A DNA stretch of 63,101 nt, filler included, from Reticulomyxa filosa (Eukaryota; Protista; Foraminifera): the NCBI GenBank assembly GCA_000512085.1. It is 15 parts of 15 records of this genome, joined end to end, with 100 filler letters (N's around TTAATTAATTAA, not from the genome) between each part and the next. Parts side by side here need not be neighbours in the genome. Positions count along the whole stretch, not along the records: positions 50,804 to 54,475 come from ASPP01022258.1; positions 54,576 to 56,194 come from ASPP01015796.1; positions 56,295 to 58,560 come from ASPP01021434.1; positions 58,661 to 63,101 come from ASPP01019574.1; 11 more parts are not named here. One strand, written 5' to 3'. This document shows, piece after piece, positions 54,260-63,101 of the stretch. The notes beneath the pieces were generated by a model. The model searched no databases and was not told where the DNA came from. It was given only the letters and a program-made list of their open reading frames with translations. The position numbers were made by a program, and so were the translations under genes. Each line of letters begins with the position of its first letter. Within the stretch, counting starts at the first letter, position 1.

Positions 54260-54475
54260 CCCAACAGACGCGGTTTATCTATGGACAGCCATATGGCGTG
54301 TGCCAGTAGATATTCACGCGCTTAGGGATGCATAGCATCCCATTTTAAGTGGCCTGCACTAACGAAATGATAGAGGATATATGCAAGCAATCACCTGGAT
54401 GGTGTAATTGCTCCCAATCCTCTACAATCAACACTACTGTCATGGAAAACGGCCGTCATAAGCGCAGTGGCTTCG
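54037..54475 (-). pseudogene. Possible decayed arginase/agmatinase (ureohydrolase)-like fragment with a poly-Ser microsatellite
   Basis: IWLSID...YVDPFACRTGGVTTPELMQTL resembles SxDxDxxDP..GGxTxxE. In-frame TGA and TAA occur upstream. (GAC)n repeat at ~54212-54259. Confidence 0.3.
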
Positions 54476-54575
54476 NNNNNNNNNNNNNNNNNNNNNNNNN
54501 NNNNNNNNNNNNNNNNNNNTTAATTAATTAANNNNNNNNNNNNNNNNNNNNNNNNNNNNNNNNNNNNNNNNNNNN

Positions 54576-54613
<38 letters not shown>

Positions 54614-54627
54614 TCCAATTTCAATAC

Positions 54628-55463
54628 TTAAACTTTTTTTTTTTTGTTTGGTTGCACTTTTTTTCTATTAACTTCCCAGTCCATGCGCGTCATCCCTAAC
54701 TGCTTTGACCATAATTTTTGTCGGGATTTTTGTGTTTTGATATCTTCTCCTTGCAGGATTCCAATCATGTCAATCAAAGACAACAGAAATTCGATAAAGT
54801 CCAACATGACAAAATAAAAAATCCCTGTTGGCAATAAATAGATCACTGCAAATATCACCAAAAATCCTTCTGAATTTTCAAACGTGCCTCTTGTCATAAA
54901 CAATTTTACTCCACTCGAATAGCTTACAAAAAATGGAGCTGAAACGCTCAACAACAATATTATTGCTAACCAAAAATCACCATCTTCTCGAAACCGTCTT
55001 TTGTTTTGTTTTTTTTTTTTTTTTTTTTTTTTTTAATTAAACACAAAGCGTTCAACAAAAAATACGCACACGTAATATTGCACCCCTTTTGCTATACTCA
55101 TGCACTTTTCTTTTTCTCTTGCGCACATAGTTTCTCCCTCTCAAATGATTGAAACGCATAAGATAGAAAATTAGACATTGCCCTGAACTGATACAACAAG
55201 CAATCCGTGACCAAGTCAAATAAACTGAAACCACGGGATATTGTCCTACCGACCACGGCAAACACTGTTCGATATCGCTGTATATTGAAATTCTTTTCCC
55301 ACCATCTGTTCCAGCGCCGAACTTTCTCCTCATCAAAACAACGACCGCAACAACAACTTTCAATTCTGTCGTCAGACGTGGAAAATATTGGTGACGATTG
55401 AATATCAATTGTGTCTTTTCTTTCTTCTCGTCTATTTAAATTCACTTCCAATTGAACATTCAT
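54628..55463 (-). CDS. Multi-pass membrane protein fragment
   Basis: ORFs 55098..55463 and 54628..54957 have TM helices (FSLFDLVTDCLLY; FLVIFAVIYLLPTGIFYFVMLD). Both ends are uncertain. Confidence 0.55.
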
Positions 55464-56162
55464 TTCGCTTGTCGAGAGAAATGTGTTTGTTCGGAAAGCC
55501 CTCTAAGTCAAAACGCAAGAAACGTGCAAACATTTTTTTTAAAAAAAAATTTGTTCTAAATGTAAGAATTTATCACAAAATGATAAAATACACCTCTGTG
55601 GTGCTTATTACCTTTCGTCGGACACGCGGATTCTATTATTTTGATACCGAGAAAGATTTGTAGTTTCTGGCATACGGTGTTTACCACGGTTTTAAAGACA
55701 TCTAATTTACTTGTTGCAAAAGTTGTTGATTGTCCACTTTTGTTAACAATTAACATAAAAGACGCGTTTAGTCCTTTTTTTAAGTTGGACTGTCGGCTTT
55801 GTAAAATTGGAAGCAAAAACACAAAACTATAACAAAGACATAACATTGATGAGTTCTGAATTAGGTTTAATAACTGGTAAATGGGACATTACTTTAAAAA
55901 ACGGGACAGAATGTGTCTATGACATCTCTTCAGGTAGTGAGATATGTGACGGAAGAAGATGAGCAACCCACCACGAGTGGAGCTAAAACGGCTTGATAAG
56001 CTTCTGTTTTTTGTTGTATTATTCTGAAAAACATGTAGATGGATTGGTGCGTACAAAACCCCGTGGTGTATTTGGCTGGAACGACGACATTCGAATTGGG
56101 TTTGATCCAGACGCGAATCAATATGCAATTGAGTTACAATGCAATGAACGCCGCCCCGTTCC

Positions 56163-56194
<32 letters not shown>

Positions 56195-57026
56195 NNNNNN
56201 NNNNNNNNNNNNNNNNNNNNNNNNNNNNNNNNNNNNNNTTAATTAATTAANNNNNNNNNNNNNNNNNNNNNNNNNNNNNNNNNNNNNNNNNNNNTTTTTT
56301 TAAGTTTAATTTTTTGTAGTTTTATATTTTTTCTTTCAGCATTATCTAAGTAATATATCACAATGTTCATTATATCGTCATTGAATATTTCTTCATAAAT
56401 TTCAAAGTTAATTTTATAATTTAAGTTTGAAATAACTTCACTTAGCTTGACTCACACTAAACCTACCAAATGTTCGAATGCTATATCAATTTATCATATT
56501 ACTAACAACGGCACATTTCTTAAAAAAATATAGTTGAAAATTTTAAAATGGCAAATAAAAAATAGCAAAAATGAAAAAAACTAATTTCATATTTAAAATT
56601 ACAATATCTGCATATATTTTTGAAAAAATGTTTATTTTTCGTGTAGAGATATATTGCCTTTATAATGTAATGTTTTTCTTTTTTTCATACTCGTCAAAAA
56701 TATTGCGATTGTGTGCTTTTACTCTTTTCACAGGCGTATTTTATTTTTCATATTTTGCTCTCTTCAACATAAATTGCTCACTTCATTTTCACTTGAACGC
56801 AAAATAAAATGAACTTAATTCAACTTTAATAGAAAGTCTCAGATATGCCAAAAAATTGCCAATGAAAATGAGATAGTTTTTTTCAAGTTACATTATGATG
56901 AATATTTAATGCACATCAAAAAGAACTTTCGGAGCGAAATGGTAAAAGTTCCAAAACATTGAGAAACAAATTTATCGTTCACTTGTAAGTGAGAAAACAA
57001 CATTTCAATGTATTTGTATTTGTTTA

Positions 57027-57400
57027 TTATGTTTTTGTTTCGCCCTCAGAAATATTCGATTGTGTAGGGAGCTGCTTTTCCATTTCAATTAAGCTTTCGA
57101 ACAATTTTTCATGATGGAGATCTTTGCATTCCAACGTCTTATTTCCATTTGTCCCATGTAATGTAATTGAACTACTCTCTTCAGTAGTAACGTTATTCAC
57201 TTTAAATTTCATCTCAGGATTCCAAAAGCGGATCACTGGGCAGTAGTAATTCAAAAACCATCTCTGGCTTCGATTTTTGGTAAAGAAGTTTAACTCAATC
57301 ATTTTTGTGTTTTGAAAACTTACTTATCAAGTTGCAAACCCTTTTCAAGTCTCTCAGGAGAGAACGTCAAGCGGCCTCCACACTTTGCCAAATATGCCAT
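57027..57400 (-). CDS. Mitochondrial ribosomal protein L51/S25/CI-B8-domain protein (mS25/mL61-like)
   Basis: RWFLNYYCPVIRFWNPEMKF matches the RxFxxxxxPxlxfxNP signature. ATG at 57400 needs a 1-nt fix near 57327. Confidence 0.65.
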
Positions 57401-57675
57401 TAGAGATTTTTTTGTTTTCTTGTCTATTTTTTAAAAAGGGGTCTCTTGATTTTTTGCATATTTCATTACAATGTTGTTATTTCTTTTTGGCTACGCTATA
57501 ACCTAAATTTCATATTCAATTATCTATTCTCTTTTTTAGCCTCATGCTTTACTTCGAATAAACAACATCCTTACAAGGCTGTTTTTGTCAAAACTTTTTT
57601 CAAGGAGTTTTGCGTGAAGCAGCTAAGATCAAAAAAGGGGGAAGAGGGAAGGAAATATTTCGGAATTCTCGCATA

Positions 57676-58560
57676 ATGGCGTCAAATAAACCTCCATTTA
57701 ACAGTTCCTTGACCGAAGAGGACAAAAAAGCGTTGAAGTCTGAGCTTTTGGAAGCTAAGTTGACGTTGTGAGAAAAGACAAAAAGCGAAAATTTTGTTGT
57801 GTACGACGGGATAAACATCTGCAAAACGTGTAGGCGCTAATACGTTGTAAACAAGATGACATAGTGGAGATTAAAGAGCCTTGCGTCGAGGACCAAGGAT
57901 CAAAGTCCAAAGATGAGACAGCAAAGGAGCAAAAACGAATTAACGAAGAGCTAAGAAAAGATTACAACAAAAGTTAAGTATATGCATATATGTATATATG
58001 TGTGTATGACAGACAATATTCCAAAAATATGTAACAGAAATTGCAGAAAAAATCTTGGAACGACAGCCGTTACAAAAAACAAAAATTCGCAATGTAAGCA
58101 AAAGCAGTAGCAATAACAGCAGTTCCAGCACGACGACAACAACGACAGATACAAACAATGCGAGTGACAAGAACGAGACAAAGTCAGAAGAAGAGCATAG
58201 GCCGAAGGAGGTGCCAAGCAAAGACGAAAAAGAACAAGAGCAAAAAAAAGAAAAAGAAATGCAAATTCGTCAGAAAATTCTGGACGAATCATGGTGGAAT
58301 GATCTGATCAGTAAAGAAAAGCAATTTATGACTGAGTACAACGACAAGTTGAATCACGCCAAGTCGCTGCTACGCTATCAAAACCATCAAAAGAGAACAG
58401 ATAATAATAACGATGACGATGATGAAGATGACATAACCATTAAAGAGTACGAAGACGAGTTTTGGAAAGAAGTACAAAGAAAAGAAGAGGACTATCTAAA
58501 GCAACATGATATTCCATCTTCGTTAGCATCTTCAAATCCTTCTTCTTCTTCTTCTTCTTC
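57676..58560 (+). CDS. Hypothetical charged/low-complexity protein, 3' truncated
   Basis: ATG at 57676, apparent introns, and ORF 58055..; lies divergent from the mitoribosomal gene. Confidence 0.55.
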
Positions 58561-60519
58561 NNNNNNNNNNNNNNNNNNNNNNNNNNNNNNNNNNNNNNNN
58601 NNNNTTAATTAATTAANNNNNNNNNNNNNNNNNNNNNNNNNNNNNNNNNNNNNNNNNNNNAAACAATACATACGACACACATACAAATAAATAATCAATA
58701 TACGTATACAGATGTTATGAAAAAAACTTTTTCAAGTAATGGATCCAATCACGGTTATACCATCAGGCAGCAGGAAAAAAGACATGCGCACAAATGATCA
58801 ATCAAATAACAGTAATTTCTTGGGCTCTTATGTCGAATGCGATTTGATGGAAGAATTGCCATTGAAATCAAATATTTATTAATTTTGCACAGTTGAATGG
58901 ATTTGGAAGCATGCATCATTGAAAAGCTCGTCCACTAGAACTTCCATTTTGTGTGGAGCTTCCATTTTTTGAATAGGAGCAATTCGTTCGAATCCACAGC
59001 AACGCCTTTGTGAGTGAGCGAGAAGGGAAGGAAGTGCGTAATATAACCGATTGCTGGCATTAACGTTTGCCCACGTTATCAATCCAACACATTAAAGAGA
59101 TTTATTGCAATGCTTTGCCAAATGGTGGAGCGACTATACAACAACTGAGTCCAAATATTGTCGACACAACGACAGTCCAATGTGTCAGAACAATTGACCA
59201 ATAAATAGAAGAGTATGGACTGCGTCGTCATCGCTATCACCATTATCATCATTTGCACTGCGTTTAACATTGCCACACCAGTCAAGCAACTTACATTGGG
59301 GGGGCGCACTATGTGAAGTTGGTACATATTTGAGGATCCGCAAAGTCGCCAATCGTGTGTGTGTGGAGAGCCATTCTATAACCAAGATAAAGTCGACGAA
59401 GATCTTTCTTTTTTAAAAATAAATCTAATGCGGCATTGTCACGGAATAATATTTGTCTTCTTCATTATCATCACCAACATCTTATTCCTTGTCTTCCAAT
59501 TCAGTCGCTGCTACAGTAATATCAACTACAAAGTCCATCAGTCATAGTTGCACTTGTGATGAGGAACGCATCTTGGTATTGTCAAATTGGAGCGAGTATT
59601 TCCAAAAAAGACTTTGGCGATACAATGATCAATGGTAAAACGCTTTTTTTTTCTTCAGCATTGAGCTTAGTATTTGTTGTTCTTTTTTTTTTTTTTTTGT
59701 GTTGGGTTTGAGTCGACGCGCATTTTGACATTTGAATCACATAGGAACTTTGGAGCAATCAAACATCAAATTAATGCAAATTGGCTACTCGTACCCAATT
59801 ACCAATATTCAATGTCACTCGCGAGCTCCTGGTTCATTCTATCAGCACACACACGGACCAAAATTCAAAGTTGCGCATATCCGCACGCACATAATACGTT
59901 TCAATACGAATGGTCCATCCATATGTTTTTGATTTTTCTTCAGCGCCATCAACTTGTAGCTGATACCAAGCTCGCGATTTCATTTGGTGAATTTGCTACC
60001 TATGTTGATAGCAGGATCACACGCCCAAAAACTCATATCCACATTCTGGGCATCATCGTTTCGGCGACTTGGATCATCATTGCAGCGACGCTTTTATCTT
60101 CTCACAAGTATTAATCGCTTTAAAGTAGCGTATTCCGTTTACGGGCTACCGTGCACTACACAACAATTTGCCGTCTATTGCGAAGTGTGCGGTTCCAAGG
60201 AACGGATCGTGGCCAACATGCCATTGGTCAATTCCATACTCTCACCAAATTGAAAAGGCTAATCGTCGTTTTCTTCGAGGCCTGCTCGAGTTGCGTCGTT
60301 GTCTTGGTCGAATGTGGGCAACAAATTGGCTATAATACTGAAGCATGAGTGAGTTATTACATGTCCTTGCTTCACTGAAGCACCTTGTTCGTCCCATCTC
60401 GATTTGTTGGATATTCGGTCCAAGTGTCGATTTCGATACCAGAGATTTCTTATTCTTCCCTTTTTGCAATTTATGCTGTGCGTCCATGACGTCCACTGCG
60501 CAATTTTGCCCGGTCTCCA

Positions 60520-62100
60520 TCTTGGTTACATTCCATGCAAATATACAGCATCCAGGTCTTTTTTTTAAAAAAAAAAACATAATTATTGAATTTTGGTTTG
60601 TTCATTTGTTCTACTCTATCTTCTATCTAAATAACAATTGACAAATAATGACAAAACTGCATGTGTGTTATCATTTGCCCACCGGTATCTTTAGATATTC
60701 TTTCTGAATCAAATGCCGTCTCCTTTCGTGCCTTTTCCAATGTATGGTATGTCTATTTTTCCAAATTCAAGTTCAACATTATACGTCGTTTGAAAAAAAA
60801 ATGGTCAGATTAACTTTTTTTTCGCACTCGCCGTTCAATGCTGGATCTTCCATTTTGTCGTCGCTTTCATCTGTTGCTATAGTGTCCGGAACTGATTGAA
60901 TCTTGAAAATTGGTATTCGTTTGGCGAACATGCATATTCTTTTTGAATATACATTTTACATTCGCACCAGGTCACCAATTGATATACGTCTTTAACTACA
61001 AACAAATATCGCACAACAAACAAAAAAAAACTGAAGGTAGTGGTATTGATCTATCGTCAGGAGCATATACGTCTATAAAGAAAGCACGAGATATCATTAT
61101 ATATTTAAAAAAATTATTTATGAATAAACAAACATACTTAATTAATGGCAATGCTATCTCGATCAATGATATGGTCCAGACAAATATATTCGATCATTCT
61201 GGAACGATTCTTGGCCGGATTGACTTTTTCTTCCAATTTCAATTTAGTCTTTGCCTTTTCCAACTCCTTTTTATCTGGTCACCATCTTTTTGCCTGGACG
61301 AAGTTGTTGGTGTTGAGTTGGATGATCGGTATTCGAACGCTCACGACAGGCACCAACGACGATATTATCTTTCACACGTTACCTGGACACTGTATATTTA
61401 CAAGACGATGCAAAAGCAAAAAGTTTGATCCAATGCATTCAATGCAACTTATCGTCATTACATTGACGCACACTATACGATTGCTGGGATTGAACTATTT
61501 CAATTTGGAGTCGCATTGGAAGTTTTCGGGTCCACCACTTGAGAAATGAATCCTTTTTGCGAGAAGTGACCACTACATACGTCAGCTTCAAAACATTCTT
61601 TCATCACGATGTGCCATTTTGCCATACGAGTTCCATTGTCCAAATCCAAACCAGCGTCATCCTTTCGTGAAACCAGTTTATCATTCGCGTCTTTCTATGC
61701 TGTGTTTGCCATTGAACGTCAACGCGACAGTTTTTCTCACACTGTATTGAAACAAACACATCTATGATAATACAAAGTAAATATACTTTTTTTTTCTAGT
61801 GAACTTGGAACCATTATTAATCGTAACCATCGTTCAACTCATCATCCAGTTCAATTCACAACATTTCTTCGCCACGACAAAGCCAGCTACGCCGATACAT
61901 TTCATAACACTTTTACGACCACGAGCCAACGTTTATCTTTTTTTTCTTGGATCGATCCAATCTTCTTCGTCGACTGCACCATCGGCAAATATCTTGAAAC
62001 GAACAACTCCAACTTTCCACGTGCTGTTCGCAATCGATCTTTATTGGGCATTCACTTCATTCACCCATCTTTCTTTGAATATTGCGCTAATGCGCATCTT
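60520..62100 (-). pseudogene. Tandem CAP-Gly-like domain array pseudogene
   Basis: Repeated decayed units: DRLRTARGK.GVVRF, LARGRKSVMKCIG..F..IELDD, AGLDLD.W, NRIV..IECIG, EKV..IEYI and IGDLVR. Many stops and frameshifts. Confidence 0.65.
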
Positions 62101-63101
62101 TCAAGTTTATGGGATAAAATTCCCTTTTTACTTTTTCAATTCCCATCCCTTTTTTACATTTTCTTATTATTTTTTTCTTTCTTTTTTTCTTTTTTCTCTT
62201 TTAATCTTTTTCATCTTTTTTTTTCTTTTTTTCACATTGCCTTTTTTTAATTTTTTTTTTCTTTTTCATTTCCAACTTTTTTTCTTTTTTTCTATTTTCT
62301 CATTTTTCATTTTTATTTTTCATTTTTCTCAAACAAAATTCCCCCTTTTTTTCCCATTATTTTTCCACTTTTTTTTCCACCAAATTTTCCCCTATTTTCT
62401 CCAATATTTTCTTTTTTCCCATTTACCTACCCTCAAATAGAAATAAAAATAAAAAATATAAAAATCTTTTATTTCCTTTGAACCCTATGAATATACCACA
62501 AATTGAAATAATTTTTTATTTTAAAAAAATCAAACAAAGACATACATTTGTTGATGAGCTAAAAGCTCAAATTCAATTATCTATTTTTTTTTCTTTTGTA
62601 CGGTGAGGGGAGGGTACAAATAAATTTTTTGATGGGGGCATGCCTATCGAAATCACATAATCATTTGATAAAAAAATAAAAATAAAAAAAACAAAAGATA
62701 CAAACTCTTTTATTTTATTTTGGATGCGGGGTGGCTTCAACCCCAAAATTTTTCTTTGCAAATTTTTTATTTTTTTTGGACAGACGGGTCGAGGCTATAA
62801 TTGAAAACACAAACAAAATTAATTATGTTAAAAAAAATATTTATATAAAATAACAAACCTTTGTTACTCCTTGCGGAGACGGGGGGCCTTACCCCATTTT
62901 TTATTTTGCCCAAGGATGCGATGCATCCAAATGAAAAAAGCATAATTTTTTTTTATCAGAGTGCGAGAACTGTTACAAAAAACAACAACACCACTCTTTT
63001 ATGTTGCAAAATTTTTAAAAAAACAGAAAAAAGACGTACCAGTGCTGAGAGAGGGCAATATCACCCTAATTACGAAATGGTGCGAAGAGACAACCAAAGA
63101 A

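Noticed and set aside
48230-54475. Alternative genetic code or stop readthrough suggested by in-frame stops
   Set aside because: The stops co-occur with frameshifts and deletions in decayed regions. Conserved genes (FCF1, PHB) end at normal stops and contain no internal ones.
19720-57330. Programmed ribosomal frameshifting (shifts near 19725, 22045, 22125, 24880, 25430, 46100, 47292, 57327)
   Set aside because: Almost all fall in A/T homopolymers, go in both directions and share no signal. This is best explained by homopolymer sequencing error.
2993-58660. Recurrent TTAATTAATTAA as a CRISPR-like or biological repeat; clustering of ubiquitin genes (Josephin, RBR, U-box) as a system
   Set aside because: The motif always sits in the middle of fixed N-runs and is an assembly linker. 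Those genes lie on different contigs.
61799-63101. 213-aa Phe-rich ORF and T-rich terminal region
   Set aside because: Low-complexity poly-T sequence, probably a low-quality read end; not a credible protein.

Overview
This is AT-rich, intron-containing eukaryotic DNA read in the standard genetic code. It is not one locus: 15 short contigs are joined by 14 identical 100-nt artificial linkers (44 N + TTAATTAATTAA + 44 N), so adjacency across linkers means nothing. The expanded WD40, kelch and CAP-Gly families and the T/A-homopolymer introns resemble the foraminiferan Reticulomyxa filosa (inference, not checked). Recognisable genes: a Josephin deubiquitinase, FCF1, the 5' end of a PI4K-beta-like gene, prohibitin, a membrane-anchored RBR E3 ligase, a CNBD-type cation channel, a WD40 fragment, two convergent kelch-SAM-U-box paralogs, coiled-coil proteins, a bacterial-type CPBP/Abi protease and a mitoribosomal L51/S25/CI-B8 protein. 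Decayed elements: Tc1/mariner, Penelope-like RT, kinesin-14 and a CAP-Gly array. The best candidate for an undescribed system is the multi-exon gene at 14597-18626, whose parts the ORF track does not connect. It fuses a phage/bacterial-type 'FGDN..G.xGQA..GTGIA' macro-like module, a long coiled coil, a WWE-like segment and a PARP domain whose NAD-binding His is replaced by Leu. Other altered-active-site proteins include an LRR + degenerate PIN protein, a His-to-Arg CPBP, and a channel with an ITGYGD filter. All domain calls come from motif recognition by eye.
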